Shown one piece after another: positions 10,181 through 19,390 of a DNA stretch of 64,000 nucleotides. Each line of letters begins with the position of its first letter. Within the stretch, counting starts at the first letter, position 1. The stretch comes from an uncultured Pseudomonadota bacterium (GTDB lineage Bacteria; Pseudomonadota; Alphaproteobacteria; Rs-D84). A model generated the notes under the pieces. That model did not search any database, had not been told where the DNA came from, and saw only the letters and a program-made list of their open reading frames with translations. The translations under genes and the position numbers were made by a program. The stretch is taken from assembly GCA_902793435.1 (NCBI GenBank), contig CADBDF010000001.1, positions 69,131 through 133,130 on the forward strand. The letters are read 5' to 3'.

Positions 10181-10801
10181 TTAAAAGTTTAGTTTTATAC
10201 CAGTTTGAATAGATATTACATTTTTTATAATTTCATCTTTAGATGGTATAAAATCCCGTAGTGTTGTATACCAATCAACTGTTTCATTCAATTGTATATT
10301 TGTACCAAATTTTAATACTATCATAGTGGTACTTTCTTTTTCATCTACTGTTATAAAGTCTGGAATAGACCAATAGCTACGTTCTGTTCCTTTACCAACA
10401 CCGATTCCAAAAATTAAATCTGTTCTTTTACTATCTTTATCATCAACCCTTATATAATTGTCAAACCCTATATTCCATGCAGAAAAACCAGATTCTGCAT
10501 TCTTTATATAACTGTTGGTAACAGAAGCACTTGTGTCAAACGCATAATCATATGCAATGGCTACCCCGCCATTCCAAATATTATTTTTATCTCCAAATTT
10601 AACACCTGCTTCTAATCCAATACCAAAATAGCTATCAGAAAAATGTAATCCTGAATTATCCATGACATCTTCCATATAAGGACTATATGATATAAAGTCA
10701 AAATTTATATTCGCGCCTATATAAGGTCTAACAACTGCCTCATCAGCAATAGCTGGTGTTATACAAAATGTACATAATGCAGGTATAAGTATTTTTTTCA
10801 T
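10181..10801 (-). CDS. small outer-membrane beta-barrel protein
   Basis: Signal peptide MKKILIPALCTFCITPAIA, alternating aromatic/Gly-rich strands, and a C-terminal ...GIKLNF ending in Phe. AAGGAG lies 7 nt upstream of the ATG. Confidence 0.6.
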   Translation of the reverse strand: MKKILIPALCTFCITPAIADEAVVRPYIGANINFDFISYSPYMEDVMDNSGLHFSDSYFGIGLEAGVKFGDKNNIWNGGVAIAYDYAFDTSASVTNSYIKNAESGFSAWNIGFDNYIRVDDKDSKRTDLIFGIGVGKGTERSYWSIPDFITVDEKESTTMIVLKFGTNIQLNETVDWYTTLRDFIPSKDEIIKNVISIQTGIKLNF

Positions 10802-10827
10802 ATTTAAACTCCTTGAATTGTTATGTT

Positions 10828-11000
10828 AAAAAAACCGCTAATAAAAAGCGGTTGGAGTTTAAGAACAATTGGAAAAAATTGCGTGGTTTATTCGTTATAA
10901 ACTTATTCGCCACACTCCAACCTTGGTTATGTTGGAGTTTTTTACGTCTTCTCTTGACGTTTTCCAATGGGTTCTTAAGCCCAATCCTTTTTATAAGGAT
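10828..11000 (-). promoter_or_regulatory. structured 5' leader RNA ending in an intrinsic terminator (copy 1 of a two-copy family; riboswitch/attenuator candidate)
   Basis: On the minus strand, a P1 helix encloses three hairpins. A third ACUCCAACC then overlaps the terminator AACCGC-loop-GCGGUU-U7, followed by the RBS and the OMP ATG. The same architecture, with compensatory changes, occurs at 49575-49740. Confidence 0.5.
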
Positions 11001-11010
11001 GTTTGCATTG

Positions 11011-11050
11011 TAAAATAAAAAGCGCTGGAAATCCAGTGCTTTTTATTTTC
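11011..11050 (-). terminator. terminator downstream of pheT
   Basis: Inverted repeat AGCGCTGG-AAAT-CCAGTGCT flanked by A/T runs, 16 nt after the pheT stop. There is one non-Watson-Crick position in the minus-strand RNA. Confidence 0.5.
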
Positions 11051-11065
11051 TTTCTTTATTGATTT

Positions 11066-13384
11066 TTATGCTCTTAACTTTGCGTGGCATTTGGTTTCAA
11101 CCGCAGATATTACTTTATTTTGTATTTCAGTTAATTCTGCGTCACCCATATTTTCAGTTGGATAAATCGTGATTGTAAATGCCACAGATTTATTCCCGCC
11201 ACCCATTTCAAATGAATCAAACACCGTCACATCGCCAATACGGCTATCCGCATTGCGCGCCGTCACAATTAAACGTTCCGCCGCAAATTTTGATTCAACA
11301 ACAAATGCAAAATCACGTGTGATTGGTTGAAATTCTGTGATTGGTGTTTTTGCATATTTTGGTGTTTTTGGCAACGCATTTATATCATCAATAATTGCGA
11401 TAACCGTTGGTGCCTTGATATGCAATGCATGGGCTACCGTTGGGTGCAATTCGCCAAATTCAGCAATTTGTTTTTGACCCTGCATAATACGTCCATATTT
11501 ATATGGGTGCGCCCATTTTGGTGCATCACTTTTTTCAACTGTATATTTTTGATTGCCAATCAATTCCAATATATCGTTTTTGACATCAAATACATCTACA
11601 TTACGATTGCGATGCATCCAATGTTTTGGCGATGTCTCCCCAGAACGCACTATGCAAATTTGTGTATGCTGGTTTCCTGGGATATCGCCATCAAATACAG
11701 TTCCTAATTCAAATATATTCATATCTGGAAAACCGCGTTTGATATTTTGCGACAACGCAATCAACTGATTCCCAAGCAGGCAATTACGCATACAATCAAA
11801 ATCAACCGTTATTGGATTAGAAACTTTGATAACAGGTTTTGTGGTTAGCATAGATTCTATTTTCGAATTTCCAAAACCAAACGAAATATTTTCATTTAAT
11901 CCCAAATTCGCCAAACGTTGTTTTAATATCAGGCATGATTTTTCCGCCATGCGTGTCGCACTTTCATTTACAGTTTCAACAACACCTGATAAACCGACCT
12001 TGTCATAACCATAAATACGGATTAAATCAGAAACTATGTTTTCTGGCGCCGTCATATCAACACGCGCGCTGCGTGGTGTGACTGTCCAAATACCGCCTTT
12101 GCCCTCACTGACATTAAATTGCAAAGATTCCAAAATTTCGCGTTGTGTTGCGGGTGCAATATTTATACCGGTTCTTTGCAGGCAAAATGCCGGATTATAT
12201 GCGATTTTATTTGGTGTGACATAATCCATACCTGCGGTCATGACATTTACCAATTTTCCACCACACGCGTCCATAATAATTTGTGCCGCATACGCCAAAG
12301 CAACACCATTAACATTTGGGTCAATTCCGCGTTCATATCTGTATGATGCATCGGTGGATAAACCTAATCTTTTTGCAGTCTTACGAATACCAACCGGTTC
12401 AAAATATGCAGATTCCAAAATTATATTTGTTGTTTCATCGGTTGTCATTGCACGCGCACCACCAACAATCCCGGCCAATGCCAAAATACCTGACAGGTCG
12501 GCAATAACCAAATCTTTATCAGTCAAAACATATTCGTTGCCGAACAAATCACAGAATTTTTCACCGTTTTGTGCAGTACGAACTATGATAGAACCATTGA
12601 CCTTGTCTGCATCAAAACAATGCAAAGGTTGGCCCATGTCATAACATATGTAATTTGTTGCATCGACACATGCGTTTTTAGGATTTATACCAGCAGCAAT
12701 CAATCGATTTGCAATCTTTGGTTTTGATGGCGCGTTTTTAATTCCATGAATTTCCGCCATACGATATGTTTGGCAACGGTCTGACATAATTTGCACAATT
12801 CTGTCGCCAGGCATATCTTTTAAAATCTCTGGTGTTTTTGCAATATAACGTCCAGAGCCACATGCCGATAAATCCAGCGCAATTCCGCGAACTGCCAAAA
12901 AATCCGGACGATTTGGTGTTATACCTGTATCGAAAATAGGACTGGCATTAAATCCAGAAATTGCCGAACCAATTTTTGTGTCTTCTGGTAATTCCATAAT
13001 TCCACTGTGGTCAGGTCCTAAACCTAATTCTTTTTCACTGCACATCATACCGTCACTCAATACACCACGCAGTTTGCCAGATTTAATTTCAACACCACCA
13101 ATTATGCACCCCGGACGCGCCAACGCAGAAATTAACCCAACGCGAACATTTGGCGCACCACAAACAACCTGGCGCGGTGTGTCTGTGCCATCATCGACCA
13201 TTAATACATGTAAATGGTCACTGTTTTCATGTGGTTTTACCGATATAATACGCGCAGCAATCGGTGGAACAGGGGCGATAAAATCTTCGACCTCTAACCC
13301 GGTGCGATTTAATGTTTCAGCAATTTGTTCAGGCGAATTTTCTGTATCCAAATATTCACGCAACCATTCATAAGACCATTTCAT
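11066..13384 (-). CDS. pheT: phenylalanyl-tRNA synthetase beta subunit
   Basis: 772 aa. N-terminal MKWSYEWLREYL, typical of PheT, with a tRNA-binding domain. Lies immediately downstream of pheS. Confidence 0.9.
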   Translation of the reverse strand: MKWSYEWLREYLDTENSPEQIAETLNRTGLEVEDFIAPVPPIAARIISVKPHENSDHLHVLMVDDGTDTPRQVVCGAPNVRVGLISALARPGCIIGGVEIKSGKLRGVLSDGMMCSEKELGLGPDHSGIMELPEDTKIGSAISGFNASPIFDTGITPNRPDFLAVRGIALDLSACGSGRYIAKTPEILKDMPGDRIVQIMSDRCQTYRMAEIHGIKNAPSKPKIANRLIAAGINPKNACVDATNYICYDMGQPLHCFDADKVNGSIIVRTAQNGEKFCDLFGNEYVLTDKDLVIADLSGILALAGIVGGARAMTTDETTNIILESAYFEPVGIRKTAKRLGLSTDASYRYERGIDPNVNGVALAYAAQIIMDACGGKLVNVMTAGMDYVTPNKIAYNPAFCLQRTGINIAPATQREILESLQFNVSEGKGGIWTVTPRSARVDMTAPENIVSDLIRIYGYDKVGLSGVVETVNESATRMAEKSCLILKQRLANLGLNENISFGFGNSKIESMLTTKPVIKVSNPITVDFDCMRNCLLGNQLIALSQNIKRGFPDMNIFELGTVFDGDIPGNQHTQICIVRSGETSPKHWMHRNRNVDVFDVKNDILELIGNQKYTVEKSDAPKWAHPYKYGRIMQGQKQIAEFGELHPTVAHALHIKAPTVIAIIDDINALPKTPKYAKTPITEFQPITRDFAFVVESKFAAERLIVTARNADSRIGDVTVFDSFEMGGGNKSVAFTITIYPTENMGDAELTEIQNKVISAVETKCHAKLRA

Positions 13385-13399
13385 TTTTATACCCCTATA

Positions 13400-14353
13400 T
13401 TAAAAACCTGTATTTTTCAGCCAACGTATATCACCATCATAGAATTTGCGAATATCGTTTAATCCAAATTTTAACATCGCAATTCTGTCCCAACCAAAAC
13501 CAAACGCAAAGCCTTGGTATTCATCAGGATTTATTCCACAATTACGCAATACGTTTGGATGAACCATGCCGGCACCTGCAATTTCCAACCATTTATCACC
13601 GTTCCATTTAATATCTATTTCAATCGATGGTTCGGTAAATGGAAAGTAAGACGGACGAATACGCATTTCTAATTTTCTTTCAAAATATTTTTCCAACATT
13701 GTGCGAATTGTTGCAACCAAATCGTCCATTGTTATATGTGCGTCAATCTTATCAACATACAAACCTTCGATTTGACCAAACATTGGCGAATGTGTCGCAT
13801 CCATTTCTTTGCGATATGTACGACCAACACCAAACATTTTAATTGGCACACCATTTTCTTCCATTGCACGAATTTGAATCGCAGATGTTTGTGTGCGCAA
13901 AACATTTCCATTATCTAAAAAGAACGAATCCTGCATATCGCGGGCAGGGTGATATGACGGTGTATTTAACGCGGTAAAGTTATGCCAATCATCTTCGATT
14001 TCGGGTCCAACCCACATCGTATATCCCAAAGATTCCAAAATTGTTCCAATTTGTGATAACGTTTCGGTCAAAGGATGCAATGTGCCATGATTTTTATATT
14101 CAGCATCCAATGTGACATCGACATATTCGGTCTTTAATTTTTGATTTAATGCCGCCGTTTCCAGTTCTGTTTGGCGAATTTTAAATGCTTCGCGCAGTGC
14201 GGCATTTTCTTTATTTAATTCTGCACGTGAATCGGCGTCCATTTTTGACATTTCACGCAACCGCGCAGTCATTGTGCCGTTTTTACCAAATACCGATGTA
14301 TATAAAGATTGTAATTCTTCCAAAGAATCTATGTTTTTTATTTTATCCTGCAT
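13400..14353 (-). CDS. pheS: phenylalanyl-tRNA synthetase alpha subunit
   Basis: Class II aaRS motifs (FPFTEPS, GAGMVHPNVL, GFAFGFGWDRIAML). 317 aa. Confidence 0.92.
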   Translation of the reverse strand: MQDKIKNIDSLEELQSLYTSVFGKNGTMTARLREMSKMDADSRAELNKENAALREAFKIRQTELETAALNQKLKTEYVDVTLDAEYKNHGTLHPLTETLSQIGTILESLGYTMWVGPEIEDDWHNFTALNTPSYHPARDMQDSFFLDNGNVLRTQTSAIQIRAMEENGVPIKMFGVGRTYRKEMDATHSPMFGQIEGLYVDKIDAHITMDDLVATIRTMLEKYFERKLEMRIRPSYFPFTEPSIEIDIKWNGDKWLEIAGAGMVHPNVLRNCGINPDEYQGFAFGFGWDRIAMLKFGLNDIRKFYDGDIRWLKNTGF

Positions 14354-14405
14354 AACTGATACCTTATAAATTTTTATTTGTTTGTCTGTATATCGGCGAC
14401 AATAA

Positions 14406-14434
14406 ATAAAAAGCCGCCAAATACCTGACGGCTT
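14406..14434 (-). terminator. hairpin plus T-run between rplT and pheS (terminator or attenuator)
   Basis: The minus strand reads AAGCCG-12 nt loop-CGGCTT followed by TTTTT. Confidence 0.45.
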
Positions 14435-14468
14435 TTATAATACAAAACAAATGACCCACCGCCAAGGA

Positions 14469-14837
14469 TTATTTTGCGTCCCCGGCAATAAATCGTTTTG
14501 CAACATCAATCAATTTTGTGAAGTTTTCGTCACCCGCAAAAGCCATTTCAGCCAAAACCTTGCGGTCCAGGGCAACACCAGCCTTTTTCAAGCCGTTCAT
14601 AAATTGAGAGTATGTTAAACCATTATTACGCACAGCGGCGTTAATACGGACAATCCACAAACCACGAAATTCGCGTTTTTTAACACGTCTGTCGCGATAT
14701 GCATACTGACCCGCCTTTTCAGACTTTTCACGTGCAGCACGATATGTCGAATGATGACGGCCCAAATAACCCTTGGCACGTGCCAAGATTTTATTGTGTT
14801 TTTGTTTAACTGTTGTTCCACGTTTTACTCTTGCCAT
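14469..14837 (-). CDS. rplT: 50S ribosomal protein L20
   Basis: MARVKRGTTVKQKHNKIL..., 122 aa, conserved L20 sequence. Confidence 0.95.
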   Translation of the reverse strand: MARVKRGTTVKQKHNKILARAKGYLGRHHSTYRAAREKSEKAGQYAYRDRRVKKREFRGLWIVRINAAVRNNGLTYSQFMNGLKKAGVALDRKVLAEMAFAGDENFTKLIDVAKRFIAGDAK

Positions 14838-14850
14838 GATTGCCCCCTAT

Positions 14851-15054
14851 TTATTTCAAACCGTATGGCGCCAAGATTTTAGCCTGACCCATCATGTTAT
14901 CGTTCAAATACTGTGCCTTAGACCCCGCGTTATTTGCGCGTTTTGATTTATGACGCAGTAATTTTTTGTGAGCATTTCTGGCAACACGGATTTTTCCAGT
15001 TGCAGTCATAGATGCACGTTTTTTCAAGTATGACTTGGTTTTTAATTTTGGCAT
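14851..15054 (-). CDS. rpmI: 50S ribosomal protein L35
   Basis: MPKLKTKSYLKKR... preceded by GAGGTG. The ORF-track start at 15120 is an upstream extension with no RBS. Confidence 0.9.
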   Translation of the reverse strand: MPKLKTKSYLKKRASMTATGKIRVARNAHKKLLRHKSKRANNAGSKAQYLNDNMMGQAKILAPYGLK

Positions 15055-15197
15055 TTTTTCACCTCTTGATTTTATGTCCTGATGGCAATGCCTTTGCCAT
15101 TTTGGACCGTTACGACCCATATTTTGCCAGAAATAAACAAAAAATCAAGTTTTTATTGAATATTAAAAAATTCATGTTTAAACTGTGGCTGAAAAAC

Positions 15198-16019
15198 ATG
15201 AATCAGCGCTCTTTATCTTGGCGGGCAGTTAAATTGATTAAATCCGCAGCAGCCGCGGCGGCTGTTCCGTTGGTATTTATATATATATTGGTATCAAAAC
15301 CCGATTTTTACCTGATAAATTGGGCGGGACATATTATATTACCGGTCGCACATTTTATTGGAAATGTTGTCACTTGGCCTATTCGTGCCACAGGCGAGGC
15401 GGTATCTAATATCTATGATTTGTCGCATTTACGGGCGGAAAACGAACGTTTGTCACGCGAATTAGAAGCCGCGTTGGCTGATAAAAATGCGTGCAAGGTC
15501 GCGATTGCTGAAAACGAACGCTTATCAAATGAATTAGATATTGTACGCGCAACACCACAAAATGTTATTATGGCGGACGTTGTTCATGATACGGTCGCAT
15601 TACACCACAGCAACTTTTTAATAAACAAAGGTGTGTTTGATGGTGTAAAAAAAGGTATGGTTGTGACATCGGTTGATGGGGTTATGGCTGGTATGGTTAT
15701 CGATGTTGGTGGTGAATTTTCACGTGTTCGCGCATTAAATGATGCCGACAGTAATATTGCTGTGCGTATTGCGGGTGATGAAGTCTATGGTTTTTTACAA
15801 GGCGATGGTTCGGCGTCCCCAGAAATTGGTTTTTTCAGCAGACCTGAATTCAAAGCACAAAAGGGCATGACGGTTATAACCAGTAATATTAGTGGTGTTT
15901 TACCAAATGGTATTTTGGTTGGAACATTAAAAAATGGTCGCGATGTTAAAGTGTTGCAACCAGATTCCGTATCGCGTGTCAAAGTTTTAGAATTTAACAA
16001 TAATAACGAATATAAATGA
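15198..16019 (+). CDS. mreC: rod shape-determining protein MreC
   Basis: N-terminal TM segment, a coiled-coil (LRAENERLSRELEAALADK), then a beta-rich C-terminal domain. Followed by mreD-mrdA-rodA. Start chosen at ATG 15198 (15174 is also possible) because the ORF-track start at 15012 overlaps rpmI. Confidence 0.7.
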   Translation: MNQRSLSWRAVKLIKSAAAAAAVPLVFIYILVSKPDFYLINWAGHIILPVAHFIGNVVTWPIRATGEAVSNIYDLSHLRAENERLSRELEAALADKNACKVAIAENERLSNELDIVRATPQNVIMADVVHDTVALHHSNFLINKGVFDGVKKGMVVTSVDGVMAGMVIDVGGEFSRVRALNDADSNIAVRIAGDEVYGFLQGDGSASPEIGFFSRPEFKAQKGMTVITSNISGVLPNGILVGTLKNGRDVKVLQPDSVSRVKVLEFNNNNEYK

Positions 16020-16474
16020 TTAGGAATTTTTTCTTTTTCTTGCGCAAAATATCGCCATTTTTGGCTGTGATTATTTTATGGCGTTTGCAGTTGCACTGGT
16101 GGAATCCTGCTGGGATTTTGGCAATTATTCCTATATTTTTCTTTTCGTTTGTTCGTACAATTGATTGGATGCCTTTGTTTTCAATTTTGTTTTGTTTTTT
16201 AATTGATTACAATGGTGATACCAAATTATTTTGGACATGTTGTTATTTAATTGCGTATGCGATAAATGGTTTTCAATATTTTATTGATTTGCACAGGGCT
16301 GATAAAAACGCAATTATTCCATTTGTTATATTTTTTGGTGCATCGTGTTTCATGTTGATGTTTGCTAATTTATCTTGGACCACGATTGGACGCGCATTAT
16401 GGTTATTTATATGGGTTTCAACATTGTATATTCCTCTTACAAATTTATTAACCAAGGTGTTGCCACATGATTGA
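16016..16474 (+). CDS. mreD: rod shape-determining protein MreD (by position)
   Basis: 152-aa polytopic membrane protein. ATGA overlap with mreC and an 8-nt overlap with mrdA. Confidence 0.55.
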   Translation: MIRNFFFFLRKISPFLAVIILWRLQLHWWNPAGILAIIPIFFFSFVRTIDWMPLFSILFCFLIDYNGDTKLFWTCCYLIAYAINGFQYFIDLHRADKNAIIPFVIFFGASCFMLMFANLSWTTIGRALWLFIWVSTLYIPLTNLLTKVLPHD

Positions 16475-18242
16475 TATAGAAGTTGGAAATACCTTTAACC
16501 GTCGTAGTGCTTTGTTTTTAACAACGGGCGCGGTTCTTACGTCTGTGTTAATTTTACGTATGTTGCAAATGCAGGTGTTTAATTATCGTGATTATAAAAA
16601 GAAATCCGAAAATAATTCTTTTCGTATTCAAATCAATATGCCTGAACGCGGAAAAATTTTATCTGCCGAAGGTATCCCTGTATCACGCGACACACCAATT
16701 TATCGTATTTATATTGTTCCCGAAGAAACCGATGATTTGGATTCTTTGTTGCAAACATTAACAAATGATTTGAAATTAAAATCAAAAACATTAAAACGAA
16801 TTGATAAACAAATAAAAAAACAACAAAAATTTCAACCTGTTTTGATTTCCGAACATACGGATTGGGCAACACTGGCGCGCGTGAGTGCAAAAAATTTACC
16901 CGGTGTTCATATCAACAGTGGTTATGCGCGTGTATATGAATTACATGAATCTGGGGCACATATATTGGGTTATGTTGGTGCGCCCAAAACACCAAAACCA
17001 AATGCACCGTTTTTCACAACTGGGGTTTTGGGATTGGAAAAAAAGTATAATGACGAAATGGCAGGAACCCCGGGACAAACTGTTATGTTATCTAATGCGG
17101 TGGGGCGTATTACCGGGGAAGACGAAGACCAATTTATAAAACCAGAACCTGGGCATGATATTCAAACAACACTGCGTTATGATGCACAACGGGTTATGCA
17201 TGATGCGTTAAAACAACATAATGCCGGTTGTGGTGTTGCAATTGATATTGAATCTGGTGATATTTTGGCAATGACATCGGCACCTGGCTTTGACCCAAAT
17301 TTATTTTCGGGCGATGATGCCGAAGAATATATGGAAAAACTGCGTAATGATTATATGAAACCTTTTGTTAATAAAACAGTCGAAGGTTTGTTTCCACCTG
17401 GTTCAACTTTTAAAATTATTGTGGCTTTGGCGGCATTGGAATCTGGTGCGGTCACCCCAAATGAACAGGTTTATTGTCCGGGTTATTGGGATTATGGCGA
17501 TAGGCGATATCATTGTTGGGAAGCCAAAGGTCATGGTTATATGAATCTGGCTGGGGCATTGGCACATTCTTGCGATATTTATTTTTATAAACTGGCATTA
17601 AAAATTGGTATTGATGCCATACGCAAAATGGCATTACGTTTGGGGTTGGGTGAAAAATATTTAAGTGATATTTTCCCAAAAGAAATGGCAGGGGTTATAC
17701 CTGATAAATATTGGAAGGAAAAACATGTGGGTGCCAATTGGGTGCATGGTGACACTGTTATTTCTGGAATTGGTCAGGGATTTATTTTAACAAACTGTCT
17801 GCAATTAGCATTGATGTTGGCACGTGTGACATCAAACAAGGTTGTTATGCCGCGATTGATTTATTCAAATAAAAAACAAAAATTTAAAAATTTGGGGCTG
17901 GATAGAAAAAATATAAACTATGTTTTGCGTGGTTTAGAAATGGTGACCCAACCTGGTGGTACCGCGGCGGGCAGTGCAATAAATGTTGATGGTGCAAAAA
18001 TGGGTGGAAAAACAGGCACATCCCAGGTACGTAATATTTCAAAAAAAGAACGCGCCACAGGGGTGCTCACTGCATCACAATTAGAGTGGAATAAACGCAA
18101 TCATGGTTTGTTTGTTGGATATGCACCAACCGATAATCCACGTTATGCGGTTTGTATAATTACAGAACATTCGGGGGGCAGTGGTCCAGCCGCACGAACA
18201 TGTGCCGCGGTTATGAAAACTTTATTAGAGGGCGATAAATGA
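16467..18242 (+). CDS. mrdA: penicillin-binding protein 2 (elongasome transpeptidase)
   Basis: SxxK (GSTFKI), SxD (HSCDIYF) and KTGT (GGKTGTSQ) motifs. 591 aa. Confidence 0.9.
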   Translation: MIDIEVGNTFNRRSALFLTTGAVLTSVLILRMLQMQVFNYRDYKKKSENNSFRIQINMPERGKILSAEGIPVSRDTPIYRIYIVPEETDDLDSLLQTLTNDLKLKSKTLKRIDKQIKKQQKFQPVLISEHTDWATLARVSAKNLPGVHINSGYARVYELHESGAHILGYVGAPKTPKPNAPFFTTGVLGLEKKYNDEMAGTPGQTVMLSNAVGRITGEDEDQFIKPEPGHDIQTTLRYDAQRVMHDALKQHNAGCGVAIDIESGDILAMTSAPGFDPNLFSGDDAEEYMEKLRNDYMKPFVNKTVEGLFPPGSTFKIIVALAALESGAVTPNEQVYCPGYWDYGDRRYHCWEAKGHGYMNLAGALAHSCDIYFYKLALKIGIDAIRKMALRLGLGEKYLSDIFPKEMAGVIPDKYWKEKHVGANWVHGDTVISGIGQGFILTNCLQLALMLARVTSNKVVMPRLIYSNKKQKFKNLGLDRKNINYVLRGLEMVTQPGGTAAGSAINVDGAKMGGKTGTSQVRNISKKERATGVLTASQLEWNKRNHGLFVGYAPTDNPRYAVCIITEHSGGSGPAARTCAAVMKTLLEGDK

Positions 18243-19387
18243 TAATTCACCAAACACGCGTTTCTAATGCAAATATGATGACGATACCTGAAAAGTTATC
18301 GCGGTTTTTATGGGGTTTGTTTTTGCCTATGTGCGCGGTTTTGGCTATTTCGGTTATGGTATTATTTTCCGCCGGTGGTGGTTCGTGGCAACCGTTTGCC
18401 GCACCACAATTGATTAAGATTTTATTGGGTTTTGTTGTGTTTTTTATTGTTGCGTTTTCAAATATTAAAACATGGTTAAAATCCGCATATTTAATTTATG
18501 CTGTTGCGTTTATTTTGATAGTTTTGGTGACATTTATTGGTGATGTTGGTATGGGTGCGCAACGATGGTTAAACTTGGGGGTTATAAATATTCAACCGTC
18601 CGAATTTATTAAAATTGCGTTAGTGTTGGCTTTATCGCGTTATTTTGCATGGATGAATTCTGTGGAATTAACCCAGGCGAAAAACTATGTTGCACCAGTA
18701 TTAATGACATTTGTGCCATTTGCATTGATTGTTGCACAACCTGATTTAGGAACCGCACTATCAATGTTGATGATTATGTTTGGTATGTTTTATATTGTTG
18801 GTGCGCAAAAAAAATGGTTTATTATTGTTGCGATTTTGGGTGTTATGGCGGCACCGGTTGTTTGGTTTGGTGGTATGCATGATTATCAACGAGACAGAAT
18901 TATTACATTTATAAATCCAGAACACGATGCAAAAGGTACCGGATATCAAATAAACCAGGCTAAAATTGCGTTTGGGTCTGGGGGTGTTTTTGGCAAAGGT
19001 TATATGTCAGGAACCCAATCACAACAATCTTTTTTACCAGAAAAACAAACAGATTTTATTTTTACTATGTTGGGTGAAGAGTTTGGTTTTATTGGCGCAT
19101 TTATTTTATTGGCTATTTATACATGGATTATTTTGGTTCTGTTTTGGTGCGCAAAAACATGCAAGAATCGATTTGGGCAATTGGTGTGTTTTGGTTTTAT
19201 GTTGAACTTTTTTGTTTATTATTTTATAAATATTTCAATGGTATTGGGTTTATTGCCAACCGTTGGTGTGCCGTTGCCGTTAATGTCTTTTGGTGGCAGC
19301 AGTTTGCTATCATTGATGTTTGGATTTGGACTGTGCCAAAACGCGTATATAAATAAAGATCAACAATTATCTGCAAAAGGAAGTTAA
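18239..19387 (+). CDS. rodA: peptidoglycan glycosyltransferase RodA (SEDS family)
   Basis: About 10 TM segments, and GVPLPLMSFGGSS, the SEDS signature. Overlaps the mrdA stop. Confidence 0.85.
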   Translation: MIIHQTRVSNANMMTIPEKLSRFLWGLFLPMCAVLAISVMVLFSAGGGSWQPFAAPQLIKILLGFVVFFIVAFSNIKTWLKSAYLIYAVAFILIVLVTFIGDVGMGAQRWLNLGVINIQPSEFIKIALVLALSRYFAWMNSVELTQAKNYVAPVLMTFVPFALIVAQPDLGTALSMLMIMFGMFYIVGAQKKWFIIVAILGVMAAPVVWFGGMHDYQRDRIITFINPEHDAKGTGYQINQAKIAFGSGGVFGKGYMSGTQSQQSFLPEKQTDFIFTMLGEEFGFIGAFILLAIYTWIILVLFWCAKTCKNRFGQLVCFGFMLNFFVYYFINISMVLGLLPTVGVPLPLMSFGGSSLLSLMFGFGLCQNAYINKDQQLSAKGS

Positions 19388-19390
19388 ATT

